Origin: Cercozoa sp. M6MM
Taxonomy: Eukaryota; Protista; Endomyxa: Ascetosporea
Reading direction: 5' to 3' (one strand)
DNA length: 64,000 bases
NCBI GenBank assembly: GCA_040357565.1
Contig: JBDODJ010000001.1
Both the position numbers and the translations under genes were made by a program. The notes under the pieces are model-generated. The model had not been told where the DNA came from and ran no database searches. It saw only the letters and a program-made list of their open reading frames with translations. The stretch's first letter is position 1. The number at the start of each line of letters is the position of its first letter. Shown piece by piece: positions 42,992 to 55,600 of the stretch.

Positions 42992-45212
42992 ATGAGGGTG
43001 TCATTCCCGGCAGTGTCGTTACTGGCACTGCTGGTGGCGCTAATGTCACATGCAGTGTCAGGCAGTACAGTCGTGCAACTGGCAACCACAGTGGTTCGTC
43101 TCAGCGTCGAGACACGGCTCAAAGCCAAGGTCGGAGAACTCGAGGACATGCGCGACCGATTGCGAATCGAACTGGGTCTTCCTCTTGGTCCCCCGCCTGC
43201 AACCGGTACCTGCACATTGCTAGAGATTATGATAGTAACATGTACTCACAGTGCCACCAAGCATGACACCGGCGCCGAACATGTCGACCACTACAACAGC
43301 GTCAACAACATCGACAACAACGACTACGACGACAACGACTACAACGACGACTCTGACGACAGGGACGACACTGCCGCCCAGTTTGAACATGTCTGAAGGA
43401 GTGGTCAACGCAACTGCCTCTCGCGGAGGTTTGTTTGCTTCTGCTGTTGCACCTATTTACTTTGTTCCGCTCGACTAGGTGGCCTGACGACGCCACCGAC
43501 AGACCAAGAGCGCATGCTCATCAACAGTGTGACCGTGTTTCCGCCCAAGTCGGTGTCGACGGTGGCGGCTGCATGGTCGCAGTACTATCTGAGGCAGTGG
43601 AAGGACAACCCCATGTGGCTCCGTGCCGTGCTGGAGGTGGTGCTGCCGACAGGCAAGTTACAGGCCGAACTCGCGCGTCAGACATCAAGCATACCCTCCG
43701 GACAAGCTTCAGCACCCGAATTCTGGCTATTTTACTCCTTTGAATCGGCAGGCGGTATGGTATATCGGTGCATACCAGTGACAAAACAACTTCCCCAAAC
43801 ACGCGAGTGTAAATTAGGACATGCCAACATATGAGCCACTGCCTTTGATGATCAAGAAGGAGGACCAAGGCAAGGTGCTGACACAGTGCTATTCTGTCTG
43901 CATCCACCCGGTTTCGCAAATGCTGCGCACGATCGCGGCCGACATTATCGACGCTGTGCTGGGACCTGCCGGTGATGAGAAATGTCCCGAGATTCTGTTC
44001 GCCGAGGACAGTGTAATTATTACCTTTTTCTCGGACCGTGTCAATATCAACCATTGTCGGACTAGCACCGTATCCATGTCAAAGGTAACAGCTGCGGATA
44101 GCAACGGCGACCCGGGCACACTGAGACTCACTACGGACGAGAATCGGTGGCTGCGAGGACAAGTACCAATTCAGAACGAGCAGCTTAAGTGTCAAGCCGG
44201 CTGGCTCATCATGGCGTCGCTGCACCGCGACATGTTCGGTTCTTTCGACATGTGTCCGCGTGCCGACAGCACGGTCGAAATGTGCTTTCAGTTTCTCGTG
44301 CGGGAATACGGACCGGGCGGGGTCACTTTGTGTCCGCGCGTACGCGTGCCGAGCAGTTTCCGCGCGCGTGTCAACTCCATCGCAGATGACCTGGATGCCT
44401 CGCTGTTTGCGCCATTGAGGGCAAAGAAAGCCGCCGGTCAGTCACTTAGTTCGGGCGAAGCACTACTGCTGGCTTTTGCCCCTTCCATTCAGGTAAGTCT
44501 GCATCAATCTACAGTATGAGCACGATCATACTTTTGCTCGCGCAGCTGGCAAGATTGAATGCCGAGATCTACGAACTGCAGTCGCGACGATTCACGACGT
44601 GCGTCAACATGATCGGACCTGAATGGCTCTCGCCAAACGTGCGCCGAAAGCCGCCGATGGCACCTGCTGGAGCAGGCGCCGCCAGCGCCAGCTCGGTCGT
44701 CGCGATCGGCATCGTTTTCATCGTACTTGTCATCCTCTGTGTCGTCACAGGAATCGGCTACTATTTCTTCGTTGCTGTTCCGGCCAAGAAGGCACTAGAA
44801 GAAGGTGCCTACGGTAGCGCGCTTTGCTACTGGAGGCATCACCTGAGGTATTGCAGTTTCTATAGGGTACTATGACGACGATGGTGAGTGGATCTCACTC
44901 ACCAAAGAAGAAGCTATCGAGTACGGTCTCATCGAACCCGATGCCGAGGGTACAGTGTATTTGGTGCCGTGTGGGACTTATTACAACTGAATCTTTTCGA
45001 CAGAACAAGAGGGCATGCAAGGACAACAACCGTTTGCGCAACAACCAGCCATGCAGCAGCAATACAGTGCTGCTCCTCAGCAGCGGTATGGGGCACAACC
45101 GCAGTATGGAGCACAACCGCAGTATGGAGCACAACCGCAGTATGGAGCACAGCCTCAGTACGGAGGCAAGCAACAGTATGGCATGCAACCGCAGTATGGA
45201 CGCCAATACTGA
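42992..45212 (+). CDS. Type I membrane protein: signal peptide, poly-Thr stretch, Cys-containing ectodomain, TM helix, (QPQYGA)n cytoplasmic tail
   Basis: MRVSFPAVSLLALLVALMSHAVSG. TM VVAIGIVFIVLVILCVVTGIGYYFFV. 18-bp repeats at about 45085-45205. Confidence 0.7.
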
Positions 45213-45463
45213 ACGCACCTGCTTCGACTAGCTTTTCCATAAATTTCAGCCACTATTTTAACGGACATTTACTCAAGTCGACTTCATTTCAATGGTACAG
45301 CATCTGCACTAACACAAACGACGCGGAACGATGCCACCTCGGACTGAACGTTAGTGCCGTTGCTGCGCGAAATTTATGCAACGGTTCCTTTCTCATACTA
45401 GGAAACGGAAAAATGCTCCGACTCCTAATCTGCCAGCCTTGTGAGACTGCTACTAGGGTCAAC

Positions 45464-45670
45464 TTAACGAAGTTCAAACCCGATCCAGGTATCAGTCGGC
45501 GTGCTGGATGCGAGGGCAGCTTGCGAACAGTCAACGCGAGCTGTTGCACTGTGCGGCGTCCGTTTCAATTGAGACTTCCGGGGTTTTTTCCTTCGCAAGT
45601 GGACAGTAAAGCGAACAGCAAGAAATGCATCAAAGAGAGAGAGAATGCATCAAAGAGAGAGAGAATGCAT

Positions 45671-45720
<50 letters not shown>

Positions 45721-45730
45721 NNNNNNNNNN

Positions 45731-45789
<59 letters not shown>

Positions 45790-47000
45790 AAACATCCTCC
45801 CATACCAAAATTTTCTGCTTCCGAACGTTGTAGTGCTTCCAGAAGCAGTGTCCGAGGAAAATGACGAACACAAAGAGCGTGTAGAAACCGGCGCTGGGAG
45901 GGAGGTTCGAACGAATGGCCTCGACTTGCGCGCTCTCGGACCAGTCACCGAACGCCATCTGGCCTCGCCAGCGCATTCGCACCTCGTAGTTGCAGCTGTC
46001 CTGTGTCGATGAGAGTCACACAAGTCAACTTACATGCTATATATATAAGTTTTATCTATATAAAGGTGCAATACGTCAAGTCCGACGATGCGCATGGGTT
46101 GCTCAAGTCCCATGAAGGAGGTCCACTCATCGCTGTTCTCCAAGTCTTCAACCCACTTGTCGCAACGCAACTGCACCTGCCATCGGACACATATAAAGTG
46201 AGTATATATACGTAGCAACTACTCTTGATGGCACATACCTCCACTCCGCGTTGCTCGTCGTAGATGTCGTTCCAAGTCACGTGCATCTCGTTGGTTTTCA
46301 TTTTGTTCTCATTTTGGTACCACTCGGCATGCAGTCCTTCCAGTCTCTAAGTAACATCAAAGGTAGACCTCACAGGTAGACCTCACAGGCTGCCAAGAGT
46401 GCTTTCTGTACTAAAATTCTGGTACAGCAGGGACGCCTTCGACGTGCAGAGAAAACACACTCCAGTCAGACTCACCAGCACTCGAAACAGCGTGCACCGA
46501 CACCCTGTACTTGTCCATGTCTGCACGAACCACCACGTTTGGTACAACACTGCTACATACTGAAACCAAAGGTACCATTGAGGCCTTCAACAAGGCCGCT
46601 GTGTGTGCCGGCATCATATGTGCGCGACATTACTACCGAGGGGTTCTTTGTGTTGACCCACGTCACGTTGTAGTACAAGCCTATATTTGCGTACACATAA
46701 ACATAAGATACTTGAGTTTTGTAAGCAAACATATAGACCTTCTCCGTGCCCGTCGGCGTGCTTGATGAGCGTCAAATCGCCCCACGAAAGCCGTAGAACG
46801 CCCAGATCGTACTAAATACCCAAATCACATCAGACTGTTCAGTGCTGCTGTGGTCAGAGTTACTTGTTCAACGTTAAAATTGGGCGGTGTAGCCGGAGGC
46901 AGCGGCCACCCGATTTTGTGCAGTATAAACTCGCTCTCGTTTTCATCGGCGTCCCTGCAATTGATCTGGACTTCTACAGGTACAGTCTTTATCCTTCTTG

Positions 47001-47034
<34 letters not shown>

Positions 47035-47134
47035 NNNNNNNNNNNNNNNNNNNNNNNNNNNNNNNNNNNNNNNNNNNNNNNNNNNNNNNNNNNNNNNNNN
47101 NNNNNNNNNNNNNNNNNNNNNNNNNNNNNNNNNN

Positions 47135-47179
<45 letters not shown>

Positions 47180-48900
47180 ACACACCGTACGAGTCGCTTT
47201 CAAGAATATCGAGGTTGTCAATGTCGGCACGGTAGTCGGAGAAACCTGGAGCAAGCAGAGGTCAGTAATTTGTGGGAGTTGTCATTATGTTTGTCAGCGG
47301 GCGCATATACGGTACCAGGTCGGTCAAGAACAGCGGTCACTGCGTAGCTGACGTCCGGGTCATCGCGAGGCATCGCCGTGAACCTGCAGCTCGTTACAGT
47401 CGCCGGCATTTCCTTCATGTACCACGACGTGCGTGCAACTACGGTGAAATTCTCCTTGTCGGCGGTCTGCTGCAGCAGCAGCTTCGTGGGTGGCTTGGCA
47501 GCATAGGGCGACACTTCAACGACTGGAACCAAAATAAGGAGGGTAGAGGTGGGTAGAAGTTTACAGGTGGGCAAAGGGTAGGGGAAGGGCTGTGCTGCTT
47601 GCCAAGGAAAAGCTCGACACTGGAAAAGGTACCGTTTTTCTTCTCCGCCAACGACGCTACGCTTGTCGCTGACAGCAGCAGCCCGAGCGCAAAGACCGGT
47701 CGTCGCATTCAATTTGGCAGGCTATCTGCTGTTCCAAGTCCCACTAAATATACCGCTACTCCGGTGTGTCAGGAACTACTGCAACGCTTTCCAGGCGTTG
47801 TAGTCCTGCAAAAAGTACCACACACTTTTTGATCAGAGATTCGATTTTGTCCTCGCCTTGTCAGCACGCGCGGCAGCGCAGCACACATGAGTTTATAGCG
47901 ATCTCGGGCACAAACTTAACGTAAAAAAGTGAGTGAGCGCGTTCGGTTTACGATTATTCTGGCTGCTGTGCGTCGGCATCTGCCGTGTCGGTCGTTCGTG
48001 TGACTTCCGCTTGGGTGCTGTTGAAGCGGTCGCCGACTACCATGTCAAAAAAATCGCGCAACACATCCTGCGGGTCCATCTCTTTCGCAGGCCGGTCTGC
48101 AGTCTCTGCCTGTGGGTTTACACACATCAGAGTTAAGGTGACACGGCAGACCGACCAAGAGCAAAGGACCAGTTGCAAGAGGTCGGCAGGAGACATATCG
48201 AGAGTCATTGCCTTATTTCGACTGGGGGGGGGGGGTAAAATACGTGTACAAAGAGCAGTGCAAGAAAAAGGAAGATACACATGATCGGTGCGCATTTCGT
48301 CGGTGGTATCGCCGCCCTCGATAAACAGGAGACTGAGACCGACAGCGACGGCGGCCACCGAGGTCAGCATGCGCATGCGCAGGTTGCGCACACGCCCAAG
48401 ACTAAGGCCATGGCGCTCCACGCCGCTTTCACTCTGCAGACTGTGCTTGGTGAAGCGCGCCGCCTTTTGCAGATAGTACAGATTGCCCATCACAAAGGCA
48501 AGGCCCACTACCAAGCCCAACACACACACCAGTCTAGCTGAAGAGACACACACGAAATGCCATCTCGGTACAGACAGGGGCTACCAGCTGGCAGATGGTA
48601 GCGATCAGCGCTCTGTCGCCAGGCCTCTCGCGTGTGCCGCATCACGCGACGCCACGGACTGCCTGTGGTGATCATCTCGTCATCGTCACCGTCTGCGGCA
48701 TCAACCGGCCGGCCACTCGCGTCGTCCAGGTAGTTCTGAATCTCCTGTCGCGTGTGAAGTCTATGCTCTGGGTCCAGCTCGTCCTAAAGGTGCTCCCATA
48801 ACATGCTTTCGTTGCCCTGTGACTCACACACATGGCTGCATTTTTGCGGTACCCGTGAAGGCAAAACCTCCCGCGCTGGTGCACCACTGTGTTTCGACAT
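45464..48900 (-). CDS. Membrane protein with fibronectin type III-like repeats
   Basis: FN3-like ends YRVSVHAVSSAGESDWS and YEVRMRWRGQMAFGDWSES. Two N-proximal hydrophobic segments and a C-terminal TM (GFYTLFVFVIFLGHCFW). Ends are approximate and one gap is internal. Confidence 0.55.
45625..45787. repeat. (GA)n microsatellite preceded by a triplicated AATGCATCAAAGAGAGA unit; 10-N gap
   Basis: Seen directly. Lies in the probable last intron of the FN3-like gene. Confidence 0.9.
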
Positions 48901-49219
48901 TTCGGCGTTTCGTGCTGGTATACTTGTACAATACACTACGAGCACACACAATCGCCTTGACTAGTGCCAGAATGCAGGTCTATTGTTTTTAATGTTGTGA
49001 GATTTTTGGACACGGCATGGTACAAACGGCCGACTTTGACCACCGTGTTAATCTCACGATGCACCGACAGTGACTTAGTAGCTGTGTTGCACAAGTGGAA
49101 TACTGTACGAAACTTGAGTGGTTCTGTTCGTCCTGCGTTGTGCGATTTCTCTTGCAACACCAAAAAGTGAAAGTTGTAGTCAAAAAAACAACAGTAAAAG
49201 AAGGAAAACAGCATTGACC

Positions 49220-52020
49220 ATGTCGTCGTTCGACAAGCCGCGCCTGTCGCGAACAATGTCACTGTCGCAGATCACCGGCAAGCCGACGACTCTGCTGTCA
49301 ACACGTACAGTTTTGTTTTTCGCATTGGCATTGAAATTGAATATTGAATGTTGTTCATCCTTGCTTTTTGCTGATAGCGCGATCCACGAGTCGTCGAGGT
49401 GCTGTCGGCGATGTTCCGCCTCCCGTTTACCAAAACTTTCGCGATGAAATGGGTACATCTGATGCTTCCCATACCATAATATTGACCAAGTGTATGTGTT
49501 TGTTCAATCGCGTGTTTGTTCAATCGCAGCGTCGCAAGACTACTGGGCGCGCAGTCATCGCGACTACGATGGTGATTTCAAACCAAGTTCTACGTTTTTG
49601 TCTCGAACTGACAGCTTTGTTCTTTAGGTCCTCCGCGCACGAAGATTATCGCAACAATTGGTCCGAACACCAAGACACCCGAGATGCTCGAGAAACTCAT
49701 GGAGGCAGGTGTGTTTCTTGTTGTGCTTTTTGTGCTTTGCTTGTTTGCAAGTGTTTTGGCTTGCCACAGGCATGAACGTGGTGCGTCTAAACTTTTCGCA
49801 CGGAGATCATGCCTACTTCCGCGAGGTGTGTTCAGCGCGGACTGTTTCTTTTAAGTTTAGTTTTATTCTAATACGTTTTTGTTTTCTCAGGTGGTTGGCA
49901 ACGCGCGCGCAGTGGCGCAAAAGTCGCGCCGGTTGTGCGCCATCATGTTGGACACGAAGGGACCCGAGATTCGCACAGGTACTGCTTCTTCTTCCACTCC
50001 CGTGTCAGGATAATCTTCTTCTGTGTGCAGGTTTGCTGAAGGACGGAAAGGACGTGCAGCTGCTCACGGGCCAGTCTTTCACTTTCAACGTTGATCCTAC
50101 TTTTGTTGAAGGTACTTTTCTATTCCTCAGTTGTGCTGTCATCTCGCTTTTAAAACATCCTGCAGGCGACAACACGATGGTGCACATTCAGTACGCGAAT
50201 TTCGCCAACGTTGTCAAGGTATTTATCAAGCATGAGTGGGGCAATAGGGAGGGGTAATGGGGGATAAAACCGCAGGTGAACGACAAGGTGTTGCTGGATG
50301 ACGGTTTGATCTCGTGTCGCGTTGTGCGTGTCGACCAGGCCAAGGGTCTAGTGCACACCACTGTCGAGAATGACGGCATGCTCGGTACCTTTGTGATCCC
50401 CTAACACCTCGACCTGTCCCATATCTCAGTATGGTTCCTAGGACAACGCAAGGGCGTCAATCTGCCGGGCGTCGTTGTGGACCTGCCTGCTGTGACTGAG
50501 AAGGACCGACGCGACCTCGAATTCGGCGCGCAAATCGGCGGTACTTCTGCTGCTTTCCCTTTTTACCCCCACTCTTCCCTTGCTGTACAGTCGATCTGGT
50601 GGCTGCTTCATTCGTGCGCAAGGCGGGCGATGTTCATGTAGCCTTCTTCTATTACCCCTTAACCCCTCCCCCAGTTTACCCCCCCCCCCCCCTCCACGCA
50701 GGAGGTTCGACGTGCGCTGGGACCGCAGGGCGAGCACATCAAGATCATCAGCAAGATCGAGTCGCAGGAAGGCATCGACAACTTCGCCGAGATCCTGCAC
50801 GTACTACTGTCTGCACTGCTACTGCCTGTACAAGCTTGTTTGTGTGACCTTACCTTTGTGGGGGTAGGCGAGTGACGGTATCATGGTGGCACGTGGCGAC
50901 CTCGGTGTCGAGATTCCTGTGGAGGTGCCGTCTATCCTTTAGCCGCTTTGCCCCTTTACCCCTTTGCCCCTTTGCCCCTTTACCCCCTTACCCCCTCCCC
51001 GAGTAGCGAGTGGCACTGGCACAAAAGCGAATGATCGCGGCGTGCAATCGCGTTGGCAAACCCGTCATTACGGCCACGCAGATGCTGGTATGCTGGCGTT
51101 CTACCCTCCCTCTCTTACTCCTTACCCTCTTACCCCTTCCCCCGGGACAGGAGTCGATGTGTGTGAACCCATCGCCGACACGAGCCGAGGCGGTCGACGT
51201 GGCCAACGCGGTTTTCGACGGCACTGACTGCGTCATGCTGAGTGGCGAGACCGCCAAGGGCAAGTACCCGGTCGAGTCGGTACCTACTTCTACCCCCCCC
51301 CCCGCACTTCCTTATACCCACCTCTTCACCTGTGCAGGTGCGGATGATGCGAGACATTTGCCGCGAGGCCGAAAGCAGCATCGACTACGAAAGCACATTT
51401 TCGCACATTCACGGCAGTCAGGAGCGACAGTTCGGAGGTATACCCCACCCCCTTTACCTCCACCCCTCTACCCCCCCGTAGTGAGCGAGGCAGTGGCGTC
51501 GTCAGCAGTGCGTACTCTGCACGATGTGCGCGGCGGTGTGCTGCTGTGCATGACCTCATCGGGTCGGACTGGTACCCTCGATGCTCTTGGATATACGTAT
51601 ATGTATATATATATATATATATGTCTAGCACGCCAACTGGCCATGTACCGTCCGGCTGCGCCGATTCTGACGCTCACCGACAATGCGCGCGTGTCGCGTC
51701 AGGTGCGCTCTTGCTTTGCTACTGTCAGTAAGGAGAAGTGTGCGAACTGCCCTGTATTGCAGTGCCTGGTGTCGCGTGGCGTGGTGCCGCTGCTGGTGTC
51801 GTCACTGACTGGCACGGACTCGCTGATCGACCGCGCCTGCGAGGTGGCCAAGAAGATGGGACTCGTCAAGCCGGGCGACGCCGTGGTCGTTGCCTCGGGT
51901 ACACCTCCCCTCTCTGATGTCGATATAATGTACTTATTCGTGAATATTGCATGCGCAGGCACGATCGAGAACCAGTCGGGTGCCACCAACATGCTCAAGG
52001 TGCTCAAGGTCAAGTACTGA
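49220..52020 (+). CDS. PYK: Pyruvate kinase
   Basis: [99 protein letters not shown]. Confidence 0.97.
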
Positions 52021-52602
52021 GACCGACACCTGCCCCCGAAATCGCCTCGAATTCTCAAGACGAAGTGATTCGCGTTGCCGTTGACGAGCGGCCGATTTTG
52101 TTTAAGTTTCAACTAACGTAAGTTCAGTTACGTTGCTTCCTCTACGCTACGTAAGTGCCTGACTCAAGCTCGGAGCTGGATTAACGTGCGCATAGCTAAC
52201 GGGATACGCTTGGCGCAGGCCGGACTCCCTCAGACCACCCACACAACTTACATTTCTGACAAAGCACGCTTGGTGCGCGTTACATGGAAGTTCATTCGGC
52301 GTGCTACAATGGAGCGTCCGTCAAGGTACAGGTACCATTGAGGAAAAGAACAGAAACCGAAGCTAAAATTGACTCGCGTGCAACGAAGAGATGAGGACGG
52401 CAGGCAGTACACTACCTGATACCTACCGTGCGGTACAGCTTACTGTCAATTCCTTTTAACCGTAACCGAGAACCGTGAACCCCAGTTCACGGCAGGCGAA
52501 CGTTACGTACGCCACGCCAGTCGTACAGACGTTGGCTCGGCATCCTTTCTATTCGAATTGGACTCCGCTCAGCTCAAGAAACAAGAGATATAGCTGGCCT
52601 GG

Positions 52603-55600
52603 CTACGGGGCGGCCTCGGCGCGAGACGACGCCTGCCGCCGCACGACGAACTCGTCGATCACGAAGACCTCCTGGTCCGACGGCTGGCCCGGCGCAGGCT
52701 GCCACAGCGAGGGCCGTCGCCAGGTCCACGAGGCACCCACGCTGTTGGGGGGTGGGGGAGGAGATAACAGGGGGTAAGAGGGGGTAAGAAGGCTTGAGAA
52801 AGGGAATACCTCGACAAGGTGGACCGCAGCAGCAGCAGCAGGTCAGAGCCACGTGTGCGACGCCAGGCCTTGGCCACTCGGTCGATTCCGACCACATACA
52901 CGTGCACTGCACACAGAGGGGGTAAGGGGGTAAAGAGTAAGGGGGGGGGGGGGTACAATCGCCACGCGAGTCGATTCGCATGCGCGTGAAGTTTTTGAGA
53001 TCTTCGATTCGCAGCGACGAGAAACTCTCCGTCATGTGGGCTTTGGGGCGGGGGGGNNNNNNNNNNNNNNNNNNNNNNNNNNNNNNNNNNNNNNNNNNNN
53101 NNNNNNNNNNNNNNNNNNNNNNNNNNNNNNNNNNNNNNNNNNNNNNNNNNNNNNNNTGTGGGCTTTGGGGCGGGGGGGGGGTAAAAGGAGGCAAGGGGGT
53201 AAAGTAGAAGTACTGTGCAGGTAGTTGGCTGCAATGTAGAGGTAGGTGCCCAACTGCCAAGTCGCGCGGGGGGTAAAAGAGGGAGTAAAAGAGGGGAGAG
53301 GGGGTAAAAGAGAGGGGAAAGAAAGGGCAAAAGAGGGGGTAAAGAGGGGGGTAAAACCACAGTGGACGCCGCCGGAACGGCCAGCAGCGCGAAAAACGGC
53401 ATCGCCGTCGCCACAAAAATCAGCGTCGACTGCGCCGTCGCTGCCTCGCACACCGCTGACCGCGCACGTACCTGGGAGGGGAAACAGGGGTAAACAAAGC
53501 AGTAAACACAGGGTGGGGAGGTAAAGCACAGCAGTATCGGCAACATCGGCCACCGAAAACGACAGTCGCAGCAGCATCGACGGCAGACCCAGCGATACCT
53601 GGGGTAGGGGGTAAGGGAAGGGGTACGGGGTAAGGGGTAAGGGAGGTAGGTGAGGTAAGAGGGGCAGGGAGGGGGGTAAACCCACCGTATCGAGTCGCCG
53701 CACGACCTGCGCAATGACGCCGAAGGACTCTTCGAACGCATCGTACAAGGCCGACTGCGGTGCCACCAGGCCGTACCTGCGGGGAGGGGGTGAGAGGGGG
53801 TAGAGAGGGGTGTATAGAGGGGTGTATAGAGGGATATATATATAGAGGGTGTAAAGAGAGAGTATAGAGGGTGTAAAGAGAGAGTATAAAGAGAGGTATA
53901 GAGGAAGGATGGGAGGTAGAGAGGGGGTAAAGTGGGGGGTAAGAAGGGGGGGGGGGTAAAGAGGGTGAAAGTACCCCACAATGGCCCTGGCGACCTCGTC
54001 GACGACAGCGGCGCAGCCGAAAGCCGCCACCACGTGCGCAGCGGCGTGACACAGGGCCAGCACGGCACGCCGTCCTTGCGGTCCCATCGCTCGCATCGGC
54101 GCGTGCAGCGGTCTGTCTCAGTCACACACACATACAGTCCACTTGACACGTGTTCCCTTCTCCCATTTGGCACGTGCCCCTACCTGGGTAGTAGTCGCGC
54201 ACAAGCCGCCAGTGACGGCGCCTCGGCCACTCCGAGCAGCACCACGAAAGCCGCCGCCGCCGCCACGGCCGAGGCACGTGCACCCGGTGCCCACTGACTG
54301 AGAGATCAGTGGGAGATCAATGATCGCCCACGTGGCCACTCAGAACTGGGAGTGGAGGCAAAGCAAGTGTGTACAGCGCCAGCAGACACAGTCGCAGCGT
54401 GCGTCGCACCACGCGTGTCACCAGGTGCGCCAGCGAGAAGCCCTGCCCACGTGCCAAGTGGTACCAAACACACGTGTCCGCACACGTGTCCACATGTCCC
54501 AGCACGTGTCCACTGAGTGGTCACACCTGCGCAAAGTCGTTCCAGTCGGCGCCGAGGTCACACGCCGGCAGAAACGATGCCGCCACCAGTGCGTACAGCA
54601 CGGCACCGCCCTGTCCCCAGTCAGTCACACACGTGCCCCAGTCAGTCAGTCACACGTGTCCCAGTCAGTCACGTGTCGCAGTCACACAGTGGGTGGGAAC
54701 TACCATGTCGAAACGCACGTTGCGCGCGCGGAAATCCACCAGATTCAGCACACTCAGTACGCGCGAGGTTCGTTCATCCTGGGAAGGGGTGGGGGTAAAG
54801 AGGGTAAATGGGGGGGGGGGGGGGGAAAAGGAGGTAGGTGGGGGTAAGCGGGGGAGGGGTAAAGCAGAAAGCACAGGGTATGCTCGCACACGTCGATATT
54901 CAACACCTTGATGCCGGATGCCCGGACCACCCTGTACACAAACGTTACAAGGGTAGGAAGTGAAGGAGATAAAGGGATAGGGGGGGAGGTAAAAGGGCTA
55001 AACACAAAGACTACCGTGATGTGTGTCGGGTGCATAAAGGCGCCGCCGCCACCCGACAGCACGAGAGTCGGGTGCGCCGAGTCGACCACGTCGTCGCGCA
55101 CACTGTCCTCTGGCACGTGTCGCATGTCTGTCTCCAGTCACACCACAGCACGTGCCAATTGATCTCACTGACTCAGTGACTGACTGAAGCGACGGTTACA
55201 GCAGTGCAGATCGCCCGCCAGTCGCAGTCGCAGACGGTGCCGCACGTGCCGTCGCAGGAACACATTCAGTCGCCGACAGATCGCGCTGGCGCTCTTCTGC
55301 GGCGTGTCACGCCGACTCTCGTAGTCCGCCAGTAGCCTGGGGGGCAAGGGTCAAGGGTCAAGGGGTCAAGGGGTCAAGGGGTCAAGGGGTCAAGGGGGTA
55401 AGAGGGGGGGGGTAAGACCCACCAGTCCGGCTCGTGGTGCACGGCGATGACGGCTGCATCAGGCGGCACGTCCTCCAGCACGCGTTCGAAGAAACGCCAC
55501 TGCAGACTGTCAATGTCAGCCGACAGTCCTGTTCACACCGACAATCTGACGTCCGCGCGGACAGCCCCAACATATACCAGGGAAACGAACCGAGATCAAA

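Noticed and set aside
52150-52560. Possible tRNA or other ncRNA in intergenic spacers
   Set aside because: No cloverleaf, T-loop or paired C/D boxes were recognisable by eye. A tRNAscan-SE or Infernal run would be needed.
53035-53180. Direct repeat TGTGGGCTTTGGGGCGGGGGG on both sides of a gap
   Set aside because: Most likely overlapping contig ends at a poly-G run (assembly artefact), not a target-site duplication.
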